From Pseudomonadota bacterium (GTDB lineage Bacteria; Pseudomonadota; Gammaproteobacteria; Burkholderiales; JBEEJL01): 64,000 nucleotides of DNA. The notes below the pieces were generated by a model. It was given only the letters and a program-made list of their open reading frames with translations. It was not told where the DNA came from and did no database searches. Made by a program: the position numbers and the translations under genes. The DNA lies in assembly GCA_043744215.1 (NCBI GenBank), contig JAYTVC010000012.1, forward strand, positions 19,246 through 83,245, written 5' to 3'. Shown piece after piece: positions 46,171 to 55,913 of this stretch; within the stretch, counting starts at the first letter, position 1, and each line of letters begins with the position of its first letter.

Positions 46171-47640
46171 TCAGCTTCGGCCGTATACGTCATTGAAGCG
46201 CACGATGTCGTCTTCCTCAAGATAAGCACCGGTTTGGATCTCGATGATTTGCAGCGGAATCCTGCCCGGGTTTTCCAGGCGGTGTTTGTGGGTCTTGGGG
46301 ATATAGGTAGACTGGTTTTCTTCCAGAAAAATTTCCTGCTCGCCGTTGACGATGCGCGCGGTGCCTGCAATGACCACCCAATGCTCCGCCCGATGATGAT
46401 GCATCTGCATGGAGAGCTTTTGTCCCGGTTTGACCAGAATGCGCTTTACTTTGTAATGGGGGCCGTCCTCAAGAATAGTATAAGAACCCCATGGCCGCGC
46501 AACGGTCATATGCGTCTCGGTCAGCGACGGCGACTTTTCTTTCACCTTGGCCACCAGTTGTTTGAGTTCATCTACCTGGTCGCGCGGGCACACCAAGGTG
46601 GCGTCGCGGGTCTGCACCACGGCGACATTTTTTAATCCCAGGGTTGCAATCAACCCGTGATCGCTCCAAAGCAAATTGTCGCGGCTGTTGTGGGCCAGCA
46701 CATCGCCCTGTATCACGTTGCCCGCTTCGTCCTTGTCGCGCTGTTGATACAACGCCTCCCAACTGCCCAGATCGCTCCAGCCCATATCCACCGGCACCAC
46801 GGCGACCTTGTCGCAATGTTCCAGTACGCCGTAGTCAATGGAAAGATCGGGCAAGCTGGCATATAACTCTTTTGGCGCAACGCCCGTTGTATCGCCCAAG
46901 AGAGCGGGCAACGCGGCATGGATTTTCGGTTGCAGTTTTTCCACCCACTTCAAAAATACATCGGCGCGGAAAACGAACATGCCGCCGTTCCAATAATAGC
47001 CGCCCTGTTTCAAATAATTTTTGGCTGTTTCTTCATTCGGTTTTTCTACAAATTTGACCACGCGCTTGACCTCATCGGCAGTCAATCCGGACAACGGTAA
47101 TCCCTCGCCCGACTGAATGTAACCGAAGCCCGTTGCCGGTTCGGTCGGCTGCATACCAAACAAAGCGATAAAGCCCGACTCGGCCGCTTTTTCTGCTGCA
47201 TCCCAGGCGGATAAAAAAGCGAGATCATTGGCAACAGCGTGATCGGATGAAAATACCGCCACCAACGCATCCGGCGTATGTTGCGCGATTTTTGCCACCG
47301 CCCACGCGATAGCGGGCAAGGTGTTGCGCCCCATCGGCTCGGCCAATACACCGGCGGCCAGTTGCGCGCTCACCGCATGACTTTGCCCCGCTACTTCAAA
47401 CCGATGATCGGCGTGGGTAACTGTCAGCACATGATCGGCACCCACGCGCGGCAACACGCGACGATAGGTCTGTTGCAGCAAACTCTCGCTGCCATTTAGC
47501 GGCAACAATTGCTTGGGCATCGTGGCGCGCGATAGCGGCCACAAACGCGTGCCCGAGCCGCCAGCGAGAATGATGGCAAAGCGCTTGGGATGCGTTTGCG
47601 GTAACGCAGCCGTATTTTTTTGCGCGAGGGGTGCGTTCAT
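46171..47640 (-). CDS. manC: bifunctional mannose-1-phosphate guanylyltransferase / mannose-6-phosphate isomerase (type II PMI)
   Basis: 489 aa. N-terminal LAGGSGTRLWPLSR nucleotidyltransferase motif and a C-terminal cupin (HHHRAEHWVV). Confidence 0.9.
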   Translation of the reverse strand: MNAPLAQKNTAALPQTHPKRFAIILAGGSGTRLWPLSRATMPKQLLPLNGSESLLQQTYRRVLPRVGADHVLTVTHADHRFEVAGQSHAVSAQLAAGVLAEPMGRNTLPAIAWAVAKIAQHTPDALVAVFSSDHAVANDLAFLSAWDAAEKAAESGFIALFGMQPTEPATGFGYIQSGEGLPLSGLTADEVKRVVKFVEKPNEETAKNYLKQGGYYWNGGMFVFRADVFLKWVEKLQPKIHAALPALLGDTTGVAPKELYASLPDLSIDYGVLEHCDKVAVVPVDMGWSDLGSWEALYQQRDKDEAGNVIQGDVLAHNSRDNLLWSDHGLIATLGLKNVAVVQTRDATLVCPRDQVDELKQLVAKVKEKSPSLTETHMTVARPWGSYTILEDGPHYKVKRILVKPGQKLSMQMHHHRAEHWVVIAGTARIVNGEQEIFLEENQSTYIPKTHKHRLENPGRIPLQIIEIQTGAYLEEDDIVRFNDVYGRS

Positions 47641-47718
47641 GGCGAGCCTTGATTTAATTCGGAAAATATTAAGCTGATTACTTTACGCCCTCAGCGACCT
47701 TGGGGCAAATACAGTGAA

Positions 47719-49707
47719 CTACTCTACCTTCATGGGTAATATCACCATTTGCACGCCCATGAGGTGCAAGATGCGCTGCATCGCCAACGGGGTCTGGTTG
47801 TGCAAAATGCGCGTGAACCAATTGTCGTGCACGAAGATCAATTTGCTGGCGAAAAAAACGCAATTGGAAAACTCTTCTTTCGCCTGCAACACCAGTTTGG
47901 TCAACTCATCCACGCGATCCGTTCCGTAGGCTTCGTAGGCTTTAGCGGCGATGCCGTGCTGGTGGCAAAAATTCACATAGTAGGCCAACGATTCATGGGT
48001 TTCTTTTTGCAGTTTTTCCAGCGCCCCTTCGCCGCCGTATGCGGCTGTATCGACCGAGCCGACGCTGAGGAATAAAAAGTTTTTGAAATTACCGGGGAAC
48101 AAACGCTGCACCCACAACATGGTGTGCATGCCTGCGCCGCGGCTGCGACTCACCATAAATATCGCCGTCGGCGCGTCGGGATCAAGTTTGGGCGGATTTT
48201 CTACCGGGTCGCAGGCCTCGGCGGAAAATAGTTCGTCGATTTTGCGGATCTGCGCGCGGGTTTCGCTGTAATGGCGTTTAATCAACATGCAAAAGCCCAC
48301 CACCGCGCCGGTGATAATTACCGCCACCCAGCCGCCCTCAAAAAAGCGGGTGAGAAACAGCGCAATCAAAATAGTGCTGGTAATCGTAAATGCCGCGCCC
48401 GACAACAATAACCGCGCCAGCCAGCCTTTGGTATCGTTGCGATGCCGCCACCAATACAAACACAAACCGAACAACGAAATCGAGAACGTCAAAAATACAT
48501 TGAATGTATAGAGCAACACCAGTAATTCCACTTTGCCGTCGGTATAAAGCAACAACACCAGCGCGGCAATGCCCATTAACAACACACCATGCTTGGTCAC
48601 CAAACGTGATGACAATGACGAAAACTGATTCGGCACCCATTGATCAACCGCCATGTTTGCCAGCACGGACGGCCCGCCGAGAAAGCCCGTGTTCGCCGCG
48701 ACGAACAACAAACCGGCCGCCGACGCCAGCACCAGCGGCAGAAAATATTTGGTCCAATCAAAACCGAACAGCGTCCATTCACTGGTGATTTTTTGAAACA
48801 CGATGGCATTAAGCGTTTTGCCCGCTTCCGGTTTCACATCCCACAATAAATACAGCAGCAGAATGCCCGATGCGGCGATGGCCAGTGACAGCGCCATATA
48901 AAACATCGTCCACTTGCCCGTGCGCACGCGCGGCTCGGCGAGGGTATTCACATTGTTCGACACGGCTTCTAGCCCGGTGTAAGTGCCGCCGCTGGCCGCG
49001 TAGGCGAGTATCAGCGTCCACATCACAAACCAACCGCCATCTTTTGCCGCCATGTCGCGCGTCTCATTCAGCGTGGCGGGTAGCAGCGCGGGTAAGTGAT
49101 CAAGGTGTGAATACACGCCGATGCCGATCATCAACAAATGCAGCACGACAAATGACATGAATATCGGCAGCAGAATATTGATCGCTTCTTTCATGCCGCG
49201 CAGATTGAGATAAATAAGCAATACAATAATAAAAATCATCACGCCAATGCGCACGGCATGGCTGAACGGATAAATACTGAACAGCGCATCGATGCCTGCG
49301 GCCACCGATGTGGTGATGGTCAACGCGTAATCGACGATTAACGCCGCGCCGGAAATCAATCCCCATTTCGGGCCGACCAGCACGGTGGAAACTTTATATC
49401 CGCCGCCGCCACTGGGAAACAAATCGATCACTTGGTTGTAGGCCAGCGCGATGATGAACACCGTTGCCGCGAGCGCAAAACACATGTAGAGCGCGAGGTG
49501 GGTATGCGTGCCGAGTGCGAGATACGTCAGCTCGGGGCCGTAAGAAGAAGACGACAGTCCGTCGGCACCGAGGCCGACCCAGGCGAAAAATGCCACCAGC
49601 GAAATCGCGTGGCGCGTCTCAGGCTTGAGGGGATCAAACGGTTTGCCGAAAAAATTGACGCGCAGGCGTTGCAAAAAAGTCGGCGGCGGAAGCTGTGTGG
49701 TTGTCAT
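47719..49707 (-). CDS. APC-superfamily permease with a cytoplasmic C-terminal domain (KimA-like architecture)
   Basis: About 12 TM helices, an early GADGLSSSSYGPE motif and a soluble tail of about 200 aa. Substrate unknown. Confidence 0.65.
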   Translation of the reverse strand: MTTTQLPPPTFLQRLRVNFFGKPFDPLKPETRHAISLVAFFAWVGLGADGLSSSSYGPELTYLALGTHTHLALYMCFALAATVFIIALAYNQVIDLFPSGGGGYKVSTVLVGPKWGLISGAALIVDYALTITTSVAAGIDALFSIYPFSHAVRIGVMIFIIVLLIYLNLRGMKEAINILLPIFMSFVVLHLLMIGIGVYSHLDHLPALLPATLNETRDMAAKDGGWFVMWTLILAYAASGGTYTGLEAVSNNVNTLAEPRVRTGKWTMFYMALSLAIAASGILLLYLLWDVKPEAGKTLNAIVFQKITSEWTLFGFDWTKYFLPLVLASAAGLLFVAANTGFLGGPSVLANMAVDQWVPNQFSSLSSRLVTKHGVLLMGIAALVLLLYTDGKVELLVLLYTFNVFLTFSISLFGLCLYWWRHRNDTKGWLARLLLSGAAFTITSTILIALFLTRFFEGGWVAVIITGAVVGFCMLIKRHYSETRAQIRKIDELFSAEACDPVENPPKLDPDAPTAIFMVSRSRGAGMHTMLWVQRLFPGNFKNFLFLSVGSVDTAAYGGEGALEKLQKETHESLAYYVNFCHQHGIAAKAYEAYGTDRVDELTKLVLQAKEEFSNCVFFASKLIFVHDNWFTRILHNQTPLAMQRILHLMGVQMVILPMKVE

Positions 49708-49743
49708 CGGAATGGTGGGAAGAAAAGCGCGGTGCCGGCACCG

Positions 49744-50130
49744 CTAGGAAATACCTTTTGTTTTTTCAATGCGTTTCAAAAAAACCTGCATTTCTTTTGC
49801 GGCTTGCTTGTCGCCTTTTAATTCTGCGGCGGCGATGCCGCTTTGGTAAGCGCTGATCGCTTCATCATCGCGGCTTGTTTCCACTAACGCCTTGCCCAGC
49901 ATTTTCCACGCGGCAGAATAGCCCGCATCGAGTTCAACCGCCTTTGAAAAATGTTCAATGGCCTTATTGTAATCTGCCGTCTTGAAATATTCATTGCCCA
50001 AGCCAAACCGCAATAGCGCACCATCGCGGCCCGCCAGCAGCATTTTTTCGAAATTCTCTATGATGACGCTGACCAAACCATGTCTCTTTAAGCGTACAGG
50101 GAAACTAGTGTAATCCTTATTGCGGCGCAA
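49744..50130 (-). CDS. small TPR-repeat protein; start uncertain (possibly about 20-30 codons downstream)
   Basis: ALLRFGLGNEYFKTADYNKAIEHFSKAVELDAGYSAAWKMLGKAL are TPR units. Confidence 0.6.
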   Translation of the reverse strand: MRRNKDYTSFPVRLKRHGLVSVIIENFEKMLLAGRDGALLRFGLGNEYFKTADYNKAIEHFSKAVELDAGYSAAWKMLGKALVETSRDDEAISAYQSGIAAAELKGDKQAAKEMQVFLKRIEKTKGIS

Positions 50131-50162
50131 TAAAACTACTTGAGTGGAATATTGTGGACGAA

Positions 50163-50186
50163 TGTAACATATTGATTATAATCATT
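50163..50186 (+). repeat. 24-bp AT-rich dispersed motif copy (palindromic-core variant)
   Basis: TGTAACATATTGATTATAATCATT. Confidence 0.85.
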
Positions 50187-50215
50187 TTTGTTATTCGTTC
50201 GAGCAAACTGGCGAA

Positions 50216-50511
50216 TCAAGCCTTCCGCGTATTTTCTTCCGCCCGCTTTATTGCCCGACTCACTGTTGCATAATGCACGCCGAAAAAATCAGCAATCTCT
50301 TGCTGAGCGTAATCCCCAGTGGCATAGGCCGCAGCCATCGCCGCCTTCGGGTTTTATGTTTGCTTTGATAATGCTCAAGCGGTTGGGCCGCGTGGACGAT
50401 GTGCGCGGTTGGCGTCAAGATGGCGGCGCGGGCGGCGGGACATGATGCGTTGTCTGGACGTGCAAATACTGGTGTCAAGTCTTGCAGGCCTAGCGCGCCT
50501 ACTTTTCGCAA
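50216..50511 (-). pseudogene. C-terminal remnant of a transposase-like (COG1943 long-form, DnaA-like HTH tail) gene, frameshifted and 5'-truncated
   Basis: One frame reads NPKAAMAAAYATGDYAQQEIADFFGVHYATVSRAIKRAEENTRKA-stop (stop at 50216-50218). Upstream residues (..AAQPLEHYQSKHK) are in another frame, joined at an A-run near 50350. No catalytic N-terminal part is present. Confidence 0.45.
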
Positions 50512-50523
50512 TCTATGATCATT

Positions 50524-50547
50524 TTTAACTCATTGATTATATTCAAT
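50524..50547 (+). repeat. 24-bp AT-rich dispersed motif copy
   Basis: TTTAACTCATTGATTATATTCAAT. Ends 2 nt before the ntrX stop codon. Confidence 0.75.
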
Positions 50548-50548
50548 T

Positions 50549-51805
50549 TTATGCCTTCCCCGGCTTGATCCCCAATTGTTTTAATTTACGATACAGATGC
50601 GTGCGTTCCAGGCCAACCTTATCGGCCACGCGGGACATGTTGCCCGATTCGGCGCGCAGGTGATGGGCGAAATATACTTGTTCGAAGGCGTCGCGGGCTT
50701 CGCGCAGCGGCAGGTCGAGTGGCAAGCCGTGGGCGCTGGCAGTGGTGGCTTCGGGGTTGAATTCGGCGGCGACGCGGGCGACATCGTCAGCGCCGATTTC
50801 ATTCGATAGCGATGTGAGGGTCAGTGTTTTGACGGCATTGGCCAGCGCGGTGACGTTGCCGGGCCACGGCAGGTTGCGCAGGCTGTTGAGGGCGGCAGTG
50901 CTGAGTGTTTTGAGCGGCACTTCTTTTGACTCAACCATTTGCGCCAATAACAGGTTGGCAATGTCGGGAATGTCTTCCGCGTGGTCGCGCAACGGGGGCA
51001 GCGCGATGGTGAGTTGGCTGAGGGTGCCGAATAATCCAGCGTCAAATTCGCCTGTATCGACGAGCGGCGTGAGAGGCCGCGTGGTGGCGCACACGAGTCG
51101 CACGTTGAATTTTTCCAGCTTCTGGGTAATTTGCGCCAGGCCTTTTTGTTCGGCCTTGTTGAGTTGCGACACGTCGTGCAAAAACAGCAAGCCATCTTTA
51201 GCCTGATTGAGCGGGTCAAACGGATTGTCGGCCAGCCAGGCGTTGTCGGGTGCCGTTACAAACGGGGAGTTGGCGGACTGAAGAAATCGCGCAGCGAGAT
51301 CAAAACCGGCACCAGGTTCGCCGGTAAACAGCACCGTACTCTTTAGCGGCGACACTTGCGCCAGACGCTGACGCAATTGGACGATGGCATTGCCGCGCCC
51401 CAGGTTGGTGAGGGTGAGTTCATTGCGCATCAGCGCCTTGCCGCTTTGCAACGCGCTGCCCACGGTAGCGAGCAACTTGGGCAGGCTGATGGGTTTTTCC
51501 AAAAAATCCACCGCGCCGATACGCGTGGCTTCGACGGCTGTGTCAATGGTGCCGTGGCCCGACATCATCACCACCGGCATGGTGAGCTGGCCGCTGCCGG
51601 CCCATTCTTTGAGCAAAGTAATGCCGTCGGTGTCGGGCATCCAGATATCGAGCAGCACTAAATCGGGCCGCGCCGCGCGGCGGAAATCCCGCGCCATGGC
51701 GGCGTTTTCGGCGAGTTGCACTTCGAAGCCTTCGTCGCGCAAAATTTCCGACAGCAATTCGCGTATGCCGATTTCGTCATCCACTACCAGAACCTGATTC
51801 AACAT
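50549..51805 (-). CDS. ntrX: NtrX-type response regulator (REC, degenerate AAA+ domain, Fis-type HTH)
   Basis: VLVVDDE...LLDIWMPD receiver and a C-terminal GNMSRVADKVGLERTHLYRKLK HTH. The central domain has GEPGAGFD in place of the Walker A motif. Confidence 0.8.
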   Translation of the reverse strand: MLNQVLVVDDEIGIRELLSEILRDEGFEVQLAENAAMARDFRRAARPDLVLLDIWMPDTDGITLLKEWAGSGQLTMPVVMMSGHGTIDTAVEATRIGAVDFLEKPISLPKLLATVGSALQSGKALMRNELTLTNLGRGNAIVQLRQRLAQVSPLKSTVLFTGEPGAGFDLAARFLQSANSPFVTAPDNAWLADNPFDPLNQAKDGLLFLHDVSQLNKAEQKGLAQITQKLEKFNVRLVCATTRPLTPLVDTGEFDAGLFGTLSQLTIALPPLRDHAEDIPDIANLLLAQMVESKEVPLKTLSTAALNSLRNLPWPGNVTALANAVKTLTLTSLSNEIGADDVARVAAEFNPEATTASAHGLPLDLPLREARDAFEQVYFAHHLRAESGNMSRVADKVGLERTHLYRKLKQLGIKPGKA

Positions 51806-51829
51806 GCACCTCTTCGTCTGAATTTATAT

Positions 51830-54040
51830 TTACGCAGCTTCGGCCAACGGCAATACGATGCTCACACTCGCGCCATGGGGTGACACGTTGGCCACCTGTA
51901 CCTGGCCATGATGTTCTTCCACAATTTTTTTCACAATCGCCAACCCGAGACCGGTGCCCCTGGCCTTGGTGGTGACATAGGGTTCGAATACGCGCGTCAA
52001 TAATTCTTCGGCAAAACCGCTGCCGTTGTCGCGGATGGATAAACTCACACCGTCGGCGGCGCGCTCGGTTTTTACCACGATTTGCGGATTGTCGATGCCG
52101 GCCAGTGCGTCCAGCGCATTTTGCATAAGATTATGCAGCACTTGCCGCAGCAGCGTCTCGTCGCCGCTGATTTTAGGCAGCATCGGCTCCAACTCGGTGG
52201 TGACCCGTACACCCATGGATTCGTACAGCACCAGCACTTCGCGGATAAGGCCGTTGAGCGAAATCGGCTCGGCGCGCAGCCGCGCCGCTTTGGCGTATTC
52301 GCTGAAATCATCGACCATGCTTTTCAGCGCCGCCACCTGGTTGACGATGGTAGCGGTGGCGCGTTTGACCATGGCGGCCTCGGCCTCGGGCAGCTTGCCT
52401 TGCAGTTTGTGTTCAAGCCGCTCGGCGGATAATTGGATTGGCGTAAGCGGATTTTTAATTTCGTGCGCCAGCCGTCGCGCCACTTCGCCCCAGGCCGCAT
52501 CGCGCTGGGCTTGCAGTAAATGGGTGATGTCGTCGAACACGACGATGTAGCCGCCGCCGGCGTCATCGGGCAAGCGGCTGCCACGCACGAGCAGGGTGCG
52601 TATACCGCTGGTACCTGGCAGTTGCACCTGGTTTTCCCACACTTTTTCCGGCGCATCGGCAAACCGCCGTGCGGCTTCTTTCGACAGGGGTTTGAGCTCG
52701 GCGAAATGTTCGCCCCATTCACCTAGCGCAATACCGCCCACGCCAGAGAATTGCGTGCCGAGAATTTTTTCGGCGGCAGAATTGGCGGTGCGCAAATGCA
52801 TTTCGTCGTCAAAGGCGAGCACGCCCGCAGACAAGTTGCCGAGGATACTTTCGAGATAAGTTTTGGCGTTTTCCAACTCGCGTTTGTTGCGCTCCATGGC
52901 CGAGGAAGCATCGGCCAGGCGTCGCGTCATGGTATTAAACGATTGGGTCAGCGAGCCCAGCTCGTCGCGGCTGCGCACCGGGTTCATGCGACTGAAATCC
53001 CAATCGCCCACGGCGCGCGCACTCTCGGCCAATATGCCCAGCTGCCCGCTAAATTTTTCCGACATCAGCAACGCCAGCGCAATGGCGATCAATAACGTAA
53101 TCAGCATGGCCAGCGTCAGCGCCAGGGCAAAAATGCGTTTGAGGCCGAGCCGTGCGACCGACAGCTCCTGATAATCGCGATGGCCTTCTTCAACGATCTC
53201 GGCGTCTTTGGCGATGCCGGCGGGCACTGGCTGCAATACCTGCAACACGCGAATGTCTTCCATTAACGAACCCGTATTCACCGGCACGAGCACGCGCAAA
53301 AATAATCCACGGTCGGGTATCGATTCGATGGCGCGGAAGCCTTGCTGGGTTCGCACATGCCGCAGCGTGGCCTGGTTGGGCAATTCCGGCAACAGGCCGG
53401 CGTTTTCGTTGCCGGAAAACGCGATGACTTTTCCACGGGCACTGATCAGCGTTGCTTCTTGCACGCGGGTTTGTTCGCGCAAATTATTGAGCATTTTCAC
53501 TTCTTCGCCTGGACGCGCATCGGCGAGGGCGAGGGCCATGTTACGCGTGCGGTCATCGAGGTCTTTGAGTAAATTATCGAGCACGTTGCGGCCCAGTTTG
53601 AGACCGCCTTCCAGCGCCTTGTCTACGCGCACATCGAACCACGATTCGATGCTCTTATTGATGAATTGCACACTCACCGCATACACCAAACCGCCAGGCA
53701 CCAACGCCATGAGCGAAAAAATCAGCATCAGGCGCAAAGTGAGTTTGGAGCCGAACACGCCCGCTTTGAGTTTGCGCCTTAGCAGCCACAATTGGTAACC
53801 GATCAAAATCATCAGGCCCAGCGCCAGCGCGCCGCCCAAGCCGAGCAGCGTCGGATAATGGCGCGCCAACAACGTGGTGTTGCCCGACGCTTGCGAGATC
53901 AGCGCCAGCAATGCCGCACCAAATAACGCGCAGGCAATCACCAGCGTGCGCAAACCCGGCGGCGTACCGCCACGACGGTTATGCAGCAGCCGCATGGGCG
54001 TATCTTCGCGGCGACGGTCTTTATTTGCGCTAGGATTCAT
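51830..54040 (-). CDS. ntrY: NtrY-type sensor histidine kinase
   Basis: N-terminal TM helices, HAMP, PAS, the H-box LAHEIKNPLTPI and a HATPase domain (DNGSGF...GTGLGL). Directly upstream of ntrX. Confidence 0.8.
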   Translation of the reverse strand: MNPSANKDRRREDTPMRLLHNRRGGTPPGLRTLVIACALFGAALLALISQASGNTTLLARHYPTLLGLGGALALGLMILIGYQLWLLRRKLKAGVFGSKLTLRLMLIFSLMALVPGGLVYAVSVQFINKSIESWFDVRVDKALEGGLKLGRNVLDNLLKDLDDRTRNMALALADARPGEEVKMLNNLREQTRVQEATLISARGKVIAFSGNENAGLLPELPNQATLRHVRTQQGFRAIESIPDRGLFLRVLVPVNTGSLMEDIRVLQVLQPVPAGIAKDAEIVEEGHRDYQELSVARLGLKRIFALALTLAMLITLLIAIALALLMSEKFSGQLGILAESARAVGDWDFSRMNPVRSRDELGSLTQSFNTMTRRLADASSAMERNKRELENAKTYLESILGNLSAGVLAFDDEMHLRTANSAAEKILGTQFSGVGGIALGEWGEHFAELKPLSKEAARRFADAPEKVWENQVQLPGTSGIRTLLVRGSRLPDDAGGGYIVVFDDITHLLQAQRDAAWGEVARRLAHEIKNPLTPIQLSAERLEHKLQGKLPEAEAAMVKRATATIVNQVAALKSMVDDFSEYAKAARLRAEPISLNGLIREVLVLYESMGVRVTTELEPMLPKISGDETLLRQVLHNLMQNALDALAGIDNPQIVVKTERAADGVSLSIRDNGSGFAEELLTRVFEPYVTTKARGTGLGLAIVKKIVEEHHGQVQVANVSPHGASVSIVLPLAEAA

Positions 54041-54049
54041 GGTTGATGA

Positions 54050-54658
54050 TCAGGGCGTAAAATTAAAATTCTGCCAATCGGATGACAGGTTCCAGTCGCG
54101 CGATCCGAGCGCGTTAACCTGGAACGGTTTGGGCAATTGCGCCACATCGAGACGCAGGCGCGTTGCCACTTTGTATGCGGTGTTTTTTTTCAACTGGTTT
54201 TTGTCACCATTGCCGATGATGAGAGCGCGTTGGCGCGATAGCAAACGGCGCGCTTCTTCAAGCGTGGGCACATTCTGGTAGAACGAACCGATCGACAAAC
54301 GGTATTGCTGCGTGAGCGCGTTGTAAGAAATTTTCCACAGCTTGGTGCCGGTCACTTCAGTCGCATCAAACCAGTATTTGCGCGGACGCACCACTTCGTA
54401 ATCGAGAGCAAAATAAAGCGACACGCCGCGGTTGATGGCGTCTTCCAGCACTGGCGTGAGGCCGATGTCGAAATCGGCGTTGAGCCGATAGCCTTCTTCT
54501 ACCTGCTCCAACTCGGCAGTCAGGACGCTGATGCCTTCTGCCTGGGCGAACGGCGCGATGAACAGGCACAGCGCCAAAGCGCAGGCGCGTAGCCATGGCC
54601 GGGCGAAGGCGTCATTTTTTTTGTAACAGCGCGTAAAAAAAACCATCGTGAAATTCAT
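54050..54658 (-). CDS. DUF4390-like exported protein; start uncertain
   Basis: Signal peptide ..LFIAPFAQA. Conserved position between rsmB and ntrY. Confidence 0.55.
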   Translation of the reverse strand: MNFTMVFFTRCYKKNDAFARPWLRACALALCLFIAPFAQAEGISVLTAELEQVEEGYRLNADFDIGLTPVLEDAINRGVSLYFALDYEVVRPRKYWFDATEVTGTKLWKISYNALTQQYRLSIGSFYQNVPTLEEARRLLSRQRALIIGNGDKNQLKKNTAYKVATRLRLDVAQLPKPFQVNALGSRDWNLSSDWQNFNFTP

Positions 54659-55913
54659 CAGGAAGTATTTGCCCGTTTATTATGAGTAGCGGCGGCAATG
54701 AAAGGGAAACCGCGTCGGCATGATGCGCCAAAAACTTCTCGATTTGTTGCTGGTTTTCTTCACGAAATACCGAGCACGTAACGTACAACAATTTACCACC
54801 TTGCGCGAGGCAGTGCCACAGGGCTTCCAGCAGACGGGTTTGCTGGACGGCGAAACTATGTAAATCTGACGGCCGCCGCGCCCACTTGATGTCGGGGTGG
54901 CGCTTCACCACGCCCGAGCCGGAACAGGGCGCATCGAGCAGGATGCGGTCGAACGGTTTGCCATCCCACCAGGCCTGGGTGTCGGCCGCATCGACACATT
55001 TTGTTTGCGCGGCAAAACCCTGGCGCGCAAAATTTTCTTTCACCTGGCTAAGACGCCCCGCTTCATTGTCGAGGGCGAGTAATTTTACATCGGCTGTTTC
55101 AAGTATGTGCGCCGCCTTGCCGCCGGGCGCAGCACAGGCATCGAGCACGCGCTGCCCGTCATGCAAATCGAGCAGCGGTGCGGCAAGTTGTGCCGATGCA
55201 TCCTGCACCGACACGATGCCGTCACGAAAGCCCGGCAGTTTTTCCACGTTGACAGGGTGTTCGAGCAGGATCGATGCATGCTCCATCAACCGCGCTGGAA
55301 TATTTTCTGCGGCCAATAACGCGAGATAATTTTCTGCGGAAATTTTTTTGTGATTTACACGAAGAGTCATGGGCGGATGCAGATTGCCCGCATCCAGTAT
55401 ATTTGTAACATATTGATTATAATCAATTTTTATTTTATCAATCCACCACTGCGGATAGCTGTAGCGGGCTTCTTCGTCGTCTTTTTGCACTTCTTCAATC
55501 AGGGTTTCTCGCTGACGCAAAAAATTACGTAGCGCGCCGTTCACAAAACCTTTGGCGTGGGGCAGCTTGGCGCGCTCGACGCTTTGCACGGCGTAATCGA
55601 CCACGGCATGCGCTGCGGTGCGCGTGAATTGCAGTTGATACAGCGCGACCAGCATGAGGTTAATGAGCGCCTCTTCTTGAATTGGTTTATGCGTCAGCCG
55701 ATTGAGCACCGCGTGCAGCAAACCGCCGTGCCGGCAGACACCGAACGCGATATCTTGAATCGCCGCACGCTGATGGGGAGTGAGATTCGGAAAACGCCGC
55801 CAGATATCGGCCAGCGTGGCATTCAAGTTGCGGCCCGACAGCGCCGCGCCGACGGCGTCGCTGCCGTGCCGCTGGATGTCAAGCACGCGCCATAGCTCGC
55901 AGGCGCGCGACAC
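54612..55913 (-). CDS. rsmB: 16S rRNA (cytosine967-C5)-methyltransferase; GTG start, exact start uncertain
   Basis: NusB-like N-terminal domain plus a SAM MTase domain ([33 protein letters not shown]). Confidence 0.85.
   Translation of the reverse strand: MSRACELWRVLDIQRHGSDAVGAALSGRNLNATLADIWRRFPNLTPHQRAAIQDIAFGVCRHGGLLHAVLNRLTHKPIQEEALINLMLVALYQLQFTRTAAHAVVDYAVQSVERAKLPHAKGFVNGALRNFLRQRETLIEEVQKDDEEARYSYPQWWIDKIKIDYNQYVTNILDAGNLHPPMTLRVNHKKISAENYLALLAAENIPARLMEHASILLEHPVNVEKLPGFRDGIVSVQDASAQLAAPLLDLHDGQRVLDACAAPGGKAAHILETADVKLLALDNEAGRLSQVKENFARQGFAAQTKCVDAADTQAWWDGKPFDRILLDAPCSGSGVVKRHPDIKWARRPSDLHSFAVQQTRLLEALWHCLAQGGKLLYVTCSVFREENQQQIEKFLAHHADAVSLSLPPLLIINGQILPDEFHDGFFYALLQKK
55404..55427 (+). 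repeat. 24-bp AT-rich dispersed motif copy inside rsmB (perfect 16-bp palindrome core)
   Basis: TGTAACATATTGATTATAATCAAT. The core ATTGATTATAATCAAT is self-complementary. On the coding strand it encodes part of [11 protein letters not shown]. Confidence 0.85.

Noticed and set aside
50163-50186. The 24-bp motif as a Fur box, a Zur box, an ARG box, a TyrR box or a dif/Xer site.
   Set aside because: The half sites TGATTA/TAATCA only loosely resemble the Fur TGATAAT half site, and the spacing differs. A dif-like alignment needs a 3-nt deletion in the central region, and a chromosome has one dif site, not 13. The ARG and TyrR boxes require inverted TGAAT/ATTCA or TGTAAA/TTTACA pairs, which are absent.
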